Origin: Camelus ferus
Lineage: Eukaryota
NCBI RefSeq assembly: GCF_009834535.1
Contig: NC_045696.1
Span: forward strand, 12,402,001-12,466,000
Direction of reading: 5' to 3'
Length of the DNA stretch: 64,000 nt
Below the pieces are notes generated by a model. It made no database searches and was not told where the DNA came from. It worked only from the letters and a program-made list of their open reading frames with translations. Both the position numbers and the translations under genes were made by a program. Of this stretch, positions 12,951 through 26,774 are shown piece by piece. Numbering within the stretch: the stretch's first letter is position 1; every line of letters begins with the position of its first letter.

Positions 12951-13948
12951 CATGACTGCCTTCATGCATGACGCTTGTACAGTCACATGGGACAGGGTCT
13001 CGCTCTCAGAAGAGGCCTCGCACTTAATTTAATGCCCTACTGTTGCCTTCTTGAAATCTTTAATAGTCCAAACTTCAAACCTGAGTTTTATGAGCTTAGC
13101 CTACTGGGACCACGAAGCACGTGCGTGAGCGGAGGAGATACACCACACTGGGAGGAAGTCAGGACATGTGCGCACTCAGGTCCAGTCACTGCTGGAGGAG
13201 GGCAGCATGGTACATTTAGCCTGGCCAATCACTGTGCACACCAGGGGTAGTCCTGGGTGCCTCGGGGCCTCCAGGAGCAGCGGTGGTAAGATCAGGACCC
13301 AGAATGGCATTGACAGTGGCAGCAACAGGATCAGTGACAGCAGCAACTGCCAGCCCTGGAGGAGAGGAGGATCCCCCGTGGGAAAGAACCTTCAGTGGGA
13401 AAGCAGCTGGCCTGACCATTCCTGGAGCTCCTCCCCACAGCATCTGCACAGCTATTAAGTCTCTGTCCTAGCACAGGGACAGGAACTTCCAGTACACAAG
13501 CAGTAAACTTTGTCAGCAAATTACTACAAAGTAAAAGTGAACACATGGCCATTGTGACAAGACATATCGGGGAGCCATTAGAATGTTTTAAATTGTTTAG
13601 AGCCTCTGGTTTTGAAAACAGCTGCAACATTGCAAAGCAAATTGCAAAGCTTCGGAAAGGAAATTTAAAGATCATTACATTTGATGGAGAAAAATATTAT
13701 TACTATTTTATTCTGGCACAAATATTTTGTATTTGTAAGTTTATGCTATTCCACATTTATCACTAATACTCTTATTTCATTTTATTAGTAATAAAATATT
13801 TATTTTAAATATTTATTTTAAATAAAATATAAAATACAAAAGCTTTATATTTTACTCCTTCACTTGCACTTTTTAAATTTTCTTTTTGAACAAAGGGCCC
13901 TGCATTTTCACTTTCAGTTGTGACCTGCAAATTATGTAGCCATCCTTG
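12951..13948 (+). mobile_element. MER45B/C-like hAT-Tip100 DNA transposon (~1 kb)
   Basis: Both ends resemble MER45 termini (CTCAGAAGAGGCCTCGCAC...TTGAAATCTTTAATA and TTTTGAACAAAGGGCCCTGCATTTTCA...GCAAATTATGTAGCC). Confidence 0.75.
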
Positions 13949-14403
13949 CCTGAGAGGCAAAGGACTTTGAGACAATTTTTCAGGGGAAAGGACTGAAATC
14001 TGCAAGGGGTTAAATGATTTGGCTGTGGTCCCAAAGTTAGCTAAGGAGAGGCAGTTTCTAAACATGAGATTTCAGAAGATAGAACCTTGAGTTCATCAAA
14101 AACCCACCTAGAACCCAGCTAATTATGAGAAGGGAAGACTTGGGAGTGCTTGCCTGGTTAATAATGACCACAGGGAAACAGAGAAGCAGTCAAGGGTACA
14201 TCGTTACCAGCCAGATCATAGGAAATGAAAGAAAAGGCATCCGCCTAGTGCCTGGCATCCAGCAGAGAAATGAGGCCTCAGATTTAGCAATAACTATTGG
14301 ATCTTTTTCTTCTCAGTGAAAACCTGCTACTCTTTGGTGAGGGCTTGTGGGCGCCAGCCAAAACCCAAGTACAATGTAAATAAATGAGACCCTTTTTGTG
14401 TAG

Positions 14404-14562
14404 CAGTACTTACTCAACTGTACGGTGCATACCTGGGGATCTGGTCAAAATGCAGATTCCGATTCAGGAAGTCTGAAGTAGAAGCCAAGAATATGCCTTT
14501 TTAACCAGCTCCTGAGAGCTGTTGCTGCTGCTGGTCCAGGCATCATGTTTTGAGAGACAAGG
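14404..14562. mobile_element. MER5A MITE
   Basis: ACCTGGGGATCTGGTCAAAATGCAGATTCCGATTCAG...TTTTAACCAGCTCC...GCTGCTGGTCC. Confidence 0.75.
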
Positions 14563-17497
14563 TTAAAGAGGCTGCTTCACCCTCGAGCATCACCGCAGAG
14601 GTGATAATGTGACGTGCTTACTCTAGGGCCATGCTGGTTGTGAAAATACCAGCGTATTTCCATGCAGACGAATAAGCAGCCCTTGGACCAGTGCCCAGTC
14701 TCCCCAGGAATCCAGCTCCTCTCCAGACCTCCTCAGGACCCAGTGACAATTGGCAGATGCCACTGGGGGGCCTCCAGAGCAGCTTCAGAGCTGCCAGGAT
14801 TCATTCTGACGGGTCAGCAACAGGCTGACCGGTTATTATGTTCTGAATGTCACTCTGGGAAAGAAAGGGCTCCCAGTAAATCTGCGTTGAATGACTTTAT
14901 GGAAAGTATTCAAGACTTGGTGCAGTCTAGACCCCTGTTTATCTTTCCCCAAACGTATTCAATTACTGGTTCTTTTTTGGCAAACATTGATCTAGCTCAC
15001 CCAATTCATTTTGCTAATGAGAAAATGGGATCAGAAGGTTGATTCACCCTAAGTCAGATAGCTAAGGAGAAGCCAATAGAGGGCCAGAAATCCATTGTCC
15101 CTCCCAAATGTCATGCCCGGTTGAGTCTTCCTAAAATGAAAGATGCTTTAGTTTGACTCTCACAGAGTGGTGACAACCTATAAGGTTTTATTGTGAATCA
15201 ATTAAACTATTTGAATTAATGTTAGTTTAAAGAGATATCATCATTTCTTTAAATTCAAACTCTCAGCCTTGAAATATATATTCTTATCAGGGCTATGGAG
15301 ATATTACAGGAAAATTCTACTGTATCTAACATTTTTCAGTCATACGATCCCAAACCTCTCACTGCAGATGCAGAATTGAGCTAAAGAGGCTTGCGTAATG
15401 TCACATAGCTACTTAGTCACAAATCCAAGGCCAGGACCCAGATCTCTTTACTCTCCCCATAGTGTTCATTCCTCCCAACCACAGCTGCACTCAGTTTTGC
15501 TTTGTAAAGGAAGTGTCTGTGTAAATGACCAGTTTAACACAACACAAGCGGCTATAACCACTGTAACCGGGCAAGCTGACTACAAGTTTACTTTTTTCCA
15601 GGACAAGGTGAGAACAACCACATCTGAGAAGAGAAGGAACCCGGCAATGATGTACGGTAGGCTTCAGGAAATTGCTCTCTACTGGGATGCAGAGGGGTGT
15701 CCCTTAACTCTACCAAAAGGCACAGTTTTTAAAAACCAGGGACTGAATCATTGAGTTCCCTAAGGATCAATGAGGAATGGAGGGAGTATGCAGAGATAAC
15801 AGAAGATGGAAGCAAAATGTCATGCCACGTGCCTTGGTAGAAAGTTATTTTCCTGATACAGTCATTCACCTTTACAAGGGCATGTGTAGTTATAACTACT
15901 GCCCCTCAGCCCCGCCACCCCAGCATCCGGCTTCTCCAGCCTGGCCCTGGGGCATATCTGTTACTGAGCTGGATGATCTTTTGTGAGGAATCTGGGAGTT
16001 ACATTCCCTGCCTTTCATCCACCCCAAACCACGAGGACACACTGGTTACCTTTGTGTGTTACCAGATAAGATTACAGAAGGAATTAGAGAGGTGCCTGTG
16101 ATTCAGTTTAGGGCCAATGTAATTGCTACCACCTCATCATTGAAGGGCTTTGCAAAGGAAATAAGCACCATCAGGTTGCAAGAGTGATTTTCCTGTCCAA
16201 TCCTAAAAAGGAACTGCCCTCAATAAATCATCTTCCTAATGGAAATGACAGAATTATTCTCCCAGGAGGGATAAACCCGGAGGACTGTACAAACCACACG
16301 TCCCTCTTGAGGGTAATAGGAAGGAAATCCACAGCCACAGCTGCCTAGGGAGGATCTAAGGCTTCCTAGGGTTTTGTTCCATCTCTCTCGCTCTGAGGTC
16401 ACCCATAATGCCTTTTACAAGTCATTGTTTACATATAAAGATAGAATTCCTCTTAGTAAGTATGCTGGGTTTTTTTTTTTTTTAACTATCTCTGTGGTTA
16501 ATCACAAGGGAAACAAATTCATCATATATTTTAAGTAAAAGGAAAGTGTAAAATTAGTCTAAAATACCTTTTTGTTAATAACACCAGTAGAACTAAATAC
16601 ACTGGGAGAAAAATATTAACTGGTAATAGTGGTAGTTTTGGAAAAGATTGTATGTGATTATCTTCCCTTCTGTGTGCTTTTTTAATGTTTAGATTTCTAT
16701 ACTTTAAAATTGGATTTTTAAGTACTTGTTATTAATTCTATAATATGTAACCTATAATAAGAGTTGAGATACATGCTAATATCAGTAGCTACTTTTTAAG
16801 TGGATCATAAAGATATGGATACTCTAATGAGATTTTAGAATCAGAACTAATAATTTCATTTTCTTCATCAATTGCATTAGTTTAAGAATTTATAATGAAC
16901 TTTGTATCTGGCATTTGGCAAAGAAACTCCAACTCATTTTTTTGAAATAGATTTGTTAGAACTCAAGGTTTCTTTTCCAATCAAAACGTTAGGAAATGCC
17001 ACTCCCAATCTGACGGAGCAGTCAGGCTTTTGATTTCTGAGAAATTCTTGCCCAGGTCACCAGAGAATGAAAGGTCAGCTTTGAGGAAGTTTCTGGAACA
17101 AGAAGACTCTCAGTGAAATTGGCTAGAATTTTTTGAGTGGTGAAAAAAAAATATCCTTTCAAAAAGGCGAGGTATAAGGGAATTAAGATCACAGTTTTAT
17201 CAAATTCAACCTAGGCATTTAGTCAGATCCTTTGAAACATTTTCCCAGGATTAAAATTCATATTTGTTGCATTTTTGGCATGATGACTAAGTGATTTGGG
17301 ACACTGGCCCAAAAATCATAGTTTTTTTTTAATTATTACAACAAATTAATAAATCAGAGGAAATCATTTTTTTAACATTCATTGTGAATAGCTTACTTTG
17401 GGGGGGGGATAAATCACAGTTTGTTATATATTTATTTTGCATTTTTAACTCTTTTCCCAAAAGGTTTCCATGATAAATTCTATGGAGAACTTGAATA

Positions 17498-17962
17498 GAG
17501 TGGTTCTCCAAGTATGGCCCAGGGAACCCTAGGAATCCCTAAGACCCTTTTCGGGAGTCTACAACTTCACTGCATCTTCCATCTAAAGATGTATGTGAAG
17601 TCATACTGTAATAGATTAAATGCAAAAGCAGATAAGAAAATTTAGATTAAGCCAGACAGGAGAAAGATATGCAAAAAAAAGCAAAGCAATGTCACTTGCT
17701 CACTTTTTTGTTTTGAATAATATAGCTATTTTTCACAAAAAATAGGTCATTTATGTTAAAAAATTTTATTATGGCTTTTTATTAACTACTTTGGTTTATT
17801 ACTCTTATTTGTAATGTAGTAGTACTTTATAAATTTTCCATTTTAATTTATAATATAGTAAATATTAATAGCTATAATGAACCCAAATCAAAGATCTTTG
17901 GAATCTTCAATAATTTGAAGAATGCAAAGGGGTCCTGAGATCAAAAAGTTTGAGAACTGCTA
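17498..17962 (+). mobile_element. Charlie1-family hAT deletion derivative
   Basis: Terminal GTGGTTCTC.../...GGGGTCCTGAGATCAAAAAGTTTGAGAAC; internal AGATTAAATGCAAAAGCAGATA...ATTAAGCCAGACA resembles the transposase C-terminus. Confidence 0.7.
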
Positions 17963-17999
17963 AAATAAAGAAGTTCCTTTTAGAACAAGCTCAGAAGGA

Positions 18000-18257
18000 A
18001 GGCTGGAGGATGAGAGGCCACATGGAGTAAAGCTATATTCTTTCAGCTCAGGCCATCCTCTGTTAGTCACCCCGAGCTGGCCCGTCATTTGACCACAGAG
18101 GCATGAATAAACCCAGCCAAGGGCAGACATATCTGGCCTAGATGAAAAAGGACCACCTAGCCAAACTAAATTTCAGAGAAATAATAATTTTTATTTTAAG
18201 CCGCTACGTTCTGGTGTGGTTTGCTGTGCAGCACTTATTTTGGCAATAAATAATGAT
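18000..18257 (+). mobile_element. Old MaLR LTR 3' fragment (MLT1H/I-like)
   Basis: GAGAGGCCACATGGAG...CCCAGCCAAG...TTTTAAGCCGCTACGTTCTGGTGTGGTTTG. Confidence 0.6.
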
Positions 18258-18375
18258 TTGTTCCTCCTCTGATTTCTCCAGAAAAGTTACTGTATATTTA
18301 CAATGAGTCCCAAATGTTTATGCTTCATTCTATATCATCTTATGCTGTGAAGTGATGTTTCTAAACCACTCGAGG

Positions 18376-19722
18376 AAGGAGAAAGATCAAGATGGCAGAG
18401 TAGGAGGATATTGAGCTCACCTTCCCCCAAAAATACATCAAAAAATATCTACATGAGGAGGAACTCTTTCTGAAAACAAACTGGAAACTGGCAAAAAAGC
18501 TCTTCCACAACCAAGACTGCGAAGAAAGATCCACATGGATTTGGGCAGGAAAGATATAGAAGCAATCAGATTGGGACCCATGCCCCCAGCAGGAGACATA
18601 GAAGAGGAGGTAAGGCTCAGGGATCCTCCTTGGGGAGTAAAGTGTTTGAGTCACTACTGGACACCCCAGCCCTGGGGTCCAACACCAGGAAGAGGAGCCC
18701 CCTAGCTGGTTTGAAAACAGCTGTAAGAAACCCAGACTCTGCTCATGAAGAGCCTGTTCACATGTTTGTTTACTTCTGGGAAGAGCATGGAGGAAGCAGA
18801 CTGAAAACTGCCTGAAGCTCTGACCAGTTTGCTGAGACCATCAGGCATGCAACCTAGCTCACACCAAGTGCCTGTTCCAGCCCTTCTTGCTCCAGCATTC
18901 CTCTGCAGTGGGCTGGAGGCTGCCATTCCCAAAGAGACTGCACATACATAGAGGGAGTGAAACCAGCTTGGAGCCAACACTAGGGCTTCTGCTCCAATCC
19001 CACCATGAGCACAGGAGACGCTTGGCTCTGGCTTTAGCTCCTCCATCTGCAGCTCTACCTTACACCAAGATGGCAGCTGTCAACACACCCAGGGCTAAGA
19101 CATGACCCATCCTCCCTTCAGATTCTACTCTCCCAGAAAAGCCTCTGGGCACACACAAACTGCATCGGGATATTTCCACAAAGTACACCCCTTCAAGACC
19201 AGGATAGGTAACTATTTCACCTAATTTCATAGAGGCAGAGAAAGTTAAACAAAATGAGAAGACAAAGGAATATGTTCCAAAAAAAAGAACAAGAAAAAAC
19301 TCTGAAAAAAAAACCCTAATGGAACAGACATAAATAATTTACCAGATAAGAGTACAAAGCAATAGTAATAAAAAATGCTAACAGCACTTGAAAAAAGAAT
19401 AGATGAACACAGTGAGAACTTTAACAAGGAACTAGAAAATATAAAACCGGAGCAGCCAGAACTGAAGAATATAATAACTGAAATGAATAATACACTAGAA
19501 GAAATTAACAGCTGACTAGGTGATATAGAAAAATGCATAAGCAGTCTGGAAGATAGAGTAATGGAAATCAACCAATCAGAGCAGCAAAGAGAAAAACATT
19601 TTTTAATAAGATAGAAATAAATCAAGCATCTTTTCTAACCACAAATGTATGAAACTAGGAATCAATTACAGGAAGAATAATGGGAAGAATATAAACATGT
19701 GGACATCAAACAACATGCTACT

Positions 19723-19770
<48 letters not shown>

Positions 19771-22700
19771 CCAATGAATCAATGAAGAAATCAAAGAGGA
19801 AATCAGAAAATACCTCAAGACAAGTGAAAATAAAAACATAACTTTCCAAAATCTATGAGATTCAACAAAAGTTCTCAGAGGGAAGTCTATAGCAATACAG
19901 GCCTACCTCAAGAAACAATAAAAATCTCAGATAAACAATTTAACTTACTATCAAAAGGAACTAGGGAAAAAAAAGTGCCTAAGGTTAGCAGAAGGAAGAA
20001 AATAATAAAGATCAGAAAGAAAATAAGTAAAATAGAAACAACAAAAAAAGAGAAAAGATTGATGAAGCCAAGAGCTGATTTTTTGAAAAGATAAACAAAA
20101 TTGATAAGTCTCTAGCCAGGCTCACAAGGGAAAAAAAAGGGGAGAGGACCCAAATAAACAAAATAAGAAAAGAAACCAGAGAAACTGCAATCAACATCAC
20201 ATAGATACAAAGATTCACAAATAGTTATATGCAAACAAATTTGGCAACATAGAAGAAATGAATAAGTTCCTAGAAACATACAACTTCCAAAACTGAATCA
20301 GAAAGAAATATATAATCTGAACATTCTGATTACCATTAGTAAAATTGAATTTGTAATGAAAAATCTACCAGCAAACAAAAGTCCAGGACAGAATGGCTTG
20401 ACCAGGGAATTCTACTAAACATATGAATAACAGTTAATACCTATTCTCCTTAAACTATTCCAAAATTTTGAAGAGAAGAGAACACTCCCAAAATCATCAT
20501 ACAAGGCCACCATTATGCTGATACTAAAACTAAACAAAAACTCTATAAAAGAAGAAAATTACAGGCCAATATTTCTGATGAATATAGATGCAAAAATCCT
20601 CAACAAAATACTAGCAAACTGAATTAAGCAATAAAAAAAATACACCATGATCAAGTGGAATTTATTACAGGGATGTAAGGATAGTTCAGTATCCACAAAT
20701 CAATGTGATACACCACATTAACAAAACAAAGGATAAAAAGTCACATAATTATCTTAATAGACATAGAAAAAGCATTTGACAAAATTCAACATCCATTCAT
20801 GATAAAAATTCTTATCAGATTTGTCATAGAGGGAATATATTTCAACATAATAAGGTCATTTATGTCAAAACAACAGATAACATCTTACTCAATGGTGAAA
20901 AGCTGGAAGCTTTTTCTCTAATATTAGGAATAAAACATGGATGCCCACTCTTGCCACTTCTATTTAACACAGTATTGGAGGTCCTAGCTACATCAATCAA
21001 ACGAAAAAGAGGAAATGAAAAGAATCCAAATTGGAAGGGAAGAATTAAAACTGTCACTGTTTACAGATTACATGATACTATATATAGTAAACCCTAAGCC
21101 TCTACCAAAAAACTATTAGAATTAATAAATTAATTCAGTAAGATTGCAGGACTCAAGGTAAGTATACAGAAATGTTTTGCTTTTCCATACACTAAACATG
21201 TACAATCAGAAAGAGAAAGCTATAAAACAATCTTGTTTAAAATCACATTAAAAAGAATAAAATACCTAGGAATGAAATTAATCAAGGAGGTAAAATAACT
21301 GTGCTCTGAAAACTACAAAACATTGATCAAGGAAATTCAAGATAACATAAAGAAATGGAAAGACATCCTGTGCTAATTAATTGAAAGAATTAATGTTATT
21401 AAAATATCTGTATTTTCCCAAAGGAATCCAGATTTAATGCAATCTCAATCAAAATACCCATGACATTGTTCAGACAAGTCTAGAACAAATAATCCTAACA
21501 TTTATATGGAACCACAAAAGACCCCAAATAGCCAAAGCAATCTTGAGAAAAAATAACAAAGCTAGAGGTAACAGGCTCCCTGACTTCAGACTATACTAAA
21601 AATCTACAGTAATCAAAACAATATGAAACTGGCACAAAAACAGACACATAGATCAATGGAACAGTATAGACAGCCTAGAATTAAACCCATGCACATATAG
21701 TCCACTACAAAGGAGGTAAAAATATACAATGAGGAAAAGAGAACTTCTGTAATAGGTATTCCTGAGAAAACTGGACAGCCACATGTAAAAGAATAAAATT
21801 AGAACATTTCTTCACAGCATATACAAAAACAGACTCAAGATGGATTGTAGACCTAAATTTAAGACTGGAAACTATAAAACTCCTGGAAGAAAACACAGGC
21901 AGAACACTCTTTGACATAAGTCATAGCAATATTTTTTTGGATCTGTCTCCTCAGGCAAAGGAAACAGAAAACAAAAATAAACCAATAGGACTTAATTAAA
22001 TTTAAAATCCTTTTCACAGCAAAGGAGGCCATCAGCAAAACAAAAAGGCAACCTGCTGAATGGGAGAAAGTTATTTGTAAATGATATGACTAATAAGGGG
22101 TTAATATCAAAAATATATAAAGAGCTCATACAACTCAACATCAAAAAAATCTGATTAAAAATTTGACAGGAAGACCTGAATAATGTACATTTTTCCAAAG
22201 AGGAAATGCAGTTGGCCAACAGACACATGAAAAGATGCTCAACATCACTAACATAAATCAAAGCCACAGTGAGATGTCACTTCACAATTGTCAGAATGGC
22301 TATCCATAAAAAGTCTATAAGTAACAAATGTTGGTGAGGATATGGAGAAAGGAGAACCCTAGTACACTACTGGTAGAAATGTAAACTGGTGCAGTCACTA
22401 TGGAAAACAGTATGGAATTTCCTAAAAAACTTAAAATAAAACTACCATATGATTCAGCAATTCCATTCCTCAGTATGTATCCAAAGGGAAAAAAAAAAAA
22501 CATAGTATTCAAAAAGATATATGCACCTCAATGTTTATAGTAGTATTATTTTTCATTGCCAAGACATAAAAGAAATCTGTGTCCATCAAACAGATGAATG
22601 GATAAAAAAGATGTGGTGTATACACACACATGGACACAGAGAGAGGAATATTACACAGCCATAAAAAAGAATGGAATGCTGCCATTTGCAACAACATGGA

Positions 22701-23103
22701 TGGACCTAGAGAGTATTATGTTTAGTGAAATAAGCCAGACAGAAAAAGACAAGTACTATGTATTGTCACATATAGGTAGAATCTAAAAAATAAGACAAGC
22801 TAATGAATATAACAAAACAGGACCAGACTCACAGATAGAGAACAGATTAGTGGTTACCAGTGGGGAGAGGGATGGGAAGAGGGACAAGATATGGGGTAGA
22901 GGATTAAGAGGTACAAACTACTATGCATTCAATAAATAAGCTACAATGATATATTGTATAGTACAGAAGATATAGCCAATATTTTATAATGACTTTAAAT
23001 GGAGTATAATCTATAAAACTATTAAATCACCATCTTGTACACATGAAACTAATATAATATTGTAAGTCAACTATACTTTAATTTTTTTAAATAGAATGAA
23101 AAA
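18376..23103 (+). mobile_element. L1 with both termini but an internal deletion; inactive
   Basis: 5' end AAGATCAAGATGGCAGAG; ORF1 ATG at 19254; jumps at ~19605 into the end of the ORF2 endonuclease domain; RT motif decayed to FTDYM (21060-21074); 3'UTR; TSD TAAACCACTCGAGG (18362-18375) / TAAACTACTTGAGG (23104-23117). Confidence 0.9.
19725..19767. repeat. (AC)n microsatellite inside L1
   Basis: Perfect dinucleotide run of ~21 units. Confidence 0.95.
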
Positions 23104-23419
23104 TAAACTACTTGAGGGAATATAGTATATCTTAGCTTATCTCTTTTGGCTCAGTAAATATGTAATTCATGGACTTTTGGGGAAACTAAAATTTCTAGAC
23201 AAAGAAGGATTCCTTAAAATTCCTTATTTCTTACCTAGCCCTCTTTCTTCCCCCTAATGTTAAAAGCGAGAGAGCTTCCTTTTCTGAAAAATCAGTTCAT
23301 TTTTCATGTGTTTTTTTTTTCTCCAAGTCGCAAACTCAATGAGCCCCAGAACTCAGTGAGCACAGAGAGCTTACAACCATAAAACAACAGCCTGATCCAT
23401 CAGAAGAAAGCATTTTCAA

Positions 23420-23610
23420 CAGATTTCTTCTGTATAGCACAGGAAACTATGTTCAATATCTTGTAGTAACCTATAATGAAAAAGAATATGAAAACAAATA
23501 TATGTGTGTATGTGTATGACTGAAACACTATGCTGTACAACAGAAACTGACATATTGTAACTGACTATACATCAATTTAAAAAATCAATTAATATAGTAC
23601 ACCAAAAAAA
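23420..23610 (+). mobile_element. 5'-truncated L1 3' end
   Basis: TTCTGTATAGCACAGGAAACTATGTTCAATATCTTG...ACATTGTAACTGACTATAC; imperfect flanking repeat AGAAG..ATTTTCAA. Confidence 0.8.
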
Positions 23611-24223
23611 GAAGCGCATATTTTCAATTTAATAGTTTTCACATTCCTATCATTGAAATTCTAGAACTCTGTAATCTGCTTTCTCATCACTTTTGTTATT
23701 ACTGTTATTTTGGGACCTGTTTAAAAGAAAAGTGACTCCCTGCCCAAAAAGAGATCCTAGATTCTGCTCTGTGGCAGTCTCCAGGACAATTTCTAAATGC
23801 ATGATCACCTTTGCCATATGTCCCCTGAAATCTTGTGCTACGAGCAGACCAAGACAAAGATGTGAAGCTAGTCTTCCAGTCCCTGGCAATTCTTTTTCTG
23901 TCTCTCCCCTTTCTGGACAGTTGTCACCTCAACCCTTTAGGAACTCAAGGCCTAATGCTTCTTCTGACTAACAAAAGCCCTACATTGTGCCTTTTTCCCT
24001 TCAAAATGTTCCATGCTCCAAAAGTTCCTTGCTTTCTTTCCCAACTGAGTCCTTACCAATGTTGCCAATCTTACTAAAGTGCCTTTGATCCCACCTGAGT
24101 GCCTGGTAGAAGATTCTATGAAAATAATTAATGTGAGTGTTAGCTTAATAAATGAACTTGAACAAGTGTTTGCATAAAGGACACATTTGTTAATAAAATT
24201 ATACCAATGGTAATGATACTATT

Positions 24224-24489
24224 TGTGGCAGAGTCTACTCTCTGCTTATAATAATATTATGTTCTATTCTCATTCAAGGAACACGAACTTCTTCACATCC
24301 AGGATTACTTGGGAGACTCCCTGCTAAAGAACTTACATTTACCAGGCTCCCTAAATGACTATGTGGAGGAGGACTTCTTGCTAACCTGTTAACTATTAAT
24401 TCACACAATGTAGAAAACTTAATTTTGTTTAAATTCAAAAATATTGAAGTTTATTTGTTACATCAGCTATAGTTACCCTAAGTAATATA
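24224..24489 (+). mobile_element. Old MaLR LTR remnant (MLT1J/K-like)
   Basis: TGTGGCAGA start, GGCTCCCTAAATGACTATGTGGAG, TTTGTTACATCAGC...TAATATA end. Confidence 0.45.
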
Positions 24490-24535
24490 CCATTCTTCTT
24501 TCATAATGTGATTTATCCTTTTCATGGAACTTTTT

Positions 24536-25019
24536 TAAATTAAAGTGTAGTTGATTTGCAATGTAGTGTTAGTTTCTGCTGTGCAGCACAGTGATTCAAT
24601 TATGCATACATATATATATATACTTTTTCATTATAGGTTATTACAAGATATTAAGTATAGTTCCCTGTGCTATATAGTAGGTCTTTGTTGGTTATCTATT
24701 TTATATATAGTAGTGTGTATCTCTAATTCCAAACTCCTAATTTATCCCTCCCCCCACTTTCCCCATTGGTAACCATAAGTTACCAAATATATATACAGTG
24801 GAATACGTGTGTGTGTGTGTGTATATATATATACAACATATATGCATTGTGTGTGTGTGAGTGTGTGTATACACACACATATACACCACATCTTCTCTAT
24901 CCAGTCATATGTCTATGGACATTCAGTTTGCTTCCATGTCTCGGCTACTGTAAACAGTACAGCTATGGACATTAGGGTGCATGTATCATTTCAAATTAGA
25001 GTTTTCTCCTTATATATGC
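24536..25019 (-). mobile_element. L1 3' fragment with internal deletion and micro-inversion
   Basis: Antisense L1 tail plus ORF2 C-terminal sequence; TSD CATGGAACTTTTT (24523-24535) / CATGGCACTTTTT (25020-25032). Confidence 0.85.
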
Positions 25020-25049
25020 CATGGCACTTTTTATCCATTCATTCACAAA

Positions 25050-25272
25050 CAGAAGTACCACACTTTTTCTGTACAAAGCCAAATAGTAGATATTTTAGGC
25101 ATTGTAGGCCATATGGTCCCCATTGTGACTGTTCAACTCTGTCATTGTAGCATGAAACAAGCCACAGACAATACATCAAACAACTGGGCATGGCTGTGTT
25201 CCACTAAAACTTTATTTACAAAAAGTGGAAGCAGGCTGGATTTAGCCCATGGTATACTTTGTCAGCCCCTCT
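25050..25272 (+). mobile_element. MER58A hAT-Charlie MITE
   Basis: TTTTTCTGTACAAAGCCAAATAGTAGATATTTTAGGC...GGCTGTGTTCCACTAAAACTTTATTTACAAAA...GGATTTAGCCC. Confidence 0.8.
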
Positions 25273-25544
25273 GGTAAATGATAGGTAAGCAAAGATCAAA
25301 CCACAGTCTTTTCACAAAAGAAACTAGAAATGTATCTTTCTGATATTAACTAGGGTCACCCTTGTTGCTGTACTTAGGGTGCTTGATTGGGGCTCGAACC
25401 TCTAAGATGGCTTCACCCTCCTATCTGGTGTCTCACCCATTGTGACTGAAACATCTGAGGGCTGACTGAGCTCAAGATTCCTTACACGGATCCCAAGAGG
25501 TCAGCAACAGAAGCTGCAATCCTTAAGACCTTAAAGCACATAAA

Positions 25545-26770
25545 CTGAAAAATGGTGTGCTGGGTGCATTGATAGAGGTTTGTGCAAGGGGAGTAGGAGG
25601 AGCAGAGAGAGTGAGGAGGGGCAAGAAAACACTGCAGAGGCTTCAGACAGAAAATGGCACTTCAGCTGAGCTATGAGTGTTGCTGAAGCAGAAAGTACAG
25701 TGTAATCAAAATTTTATTAAAAAAAAAAAACCATTGCTATGAGTACAGAGAGACTAACAGTTAATAAAAGGGAAAAGCAACTTAAAAATTGGGTTTTAAA
25801 ACAGTCCAGGCAGGAGATCTCAGCTAAGATCATGGAAGTGGAAATGACCAACAGAGAAATCATAATAATATATTTAAGACTCAGAAACCAATAAGATTCA
25901 GGGGATAGGGGGAAGTAGAGTAGAGTAGGATCAGGCCTGTGTATCTGGCTTCACAAAAGGAAGGTGCTACCCAACCAAAACACAGGAGAGAAAGTTTGGC
26001 AAGGGCCAGGAGTGGTAGCAAAAAATTACTGAGTTTGGATTACCTCTCACATATTCAGGCAGAGAGCTACGAAAGACAGTAAGATAATTCAACAGCAGGG
26101 ACCAGACCAAAGACATACATTAATAATCTTCAGCATGTAACATAGGAATAAGTGAGTTAAATCAGGGAGCATGCAATGAGAAAACAGGCTTGCAGAAAGA
26201 ACACAGGTCAACAGCCATCCATTAAAAGGTGATTGATGAGCAGCTAAAACATGACTGGAAACAAAACAGTGAGAAAGATGAGTGGAAAAACCAAAAGAGC
26301 ACTGGGAAAATAAAGTTTCCAGATGAGATGAGTATTTTCACTAGATTTGGAAGTTCAAAGACCACTGGTGAGTTTGTTCCAGCAAAAGTTCAATAGAGAG
26401 GGAAATTTCCTTAGAGTAGGTGATAAAAAGTGAGGAAAGTATGTGTAAATAATCCCCATAGAACTCGATCATGAAGCAAAGAAAAGGGAAAGAATTTAGA
26501 AAGCGTTCAATGTGAGGGAAGACTCATAGTAATAATGGAGAGACTTGAAGTGTTGAGGAGGAGATATTGCAAAGGTTATGATAGAAGATAAAAAGCACAG
26601 AAAGAAGAAGTACAAAATCTATAAGGAATGAGATGGAACAGAACAAAGAGAAGGAGGGGGAAATTTAAATAGGGGAACATCTCACCCCACCAAGATGAAT
26701 TCATTAGTGTGGAGGCTGAGTGCATGCTCTATCTCATCTATGAAGAAGGACTTTAGGTCATTGGCTTAGA
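25545..26770 (-). mobile_element. Degenerate L2 LINE
   Basis: Purine-rich plus strand with L2 antisense motifs (AGTCCAGGCAGGAGAT, TATCTGGCTT, GAGTTTGG, CACTGGTGA). Confidence 0.55.
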
Positions 26771-26774
26771 ATAG

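Noticed and set aside
12975..13675. Cluster of overlapping GC-rich ORFs
   Set aside because: All lie within the MER45-like transposon; no recognisable protein.
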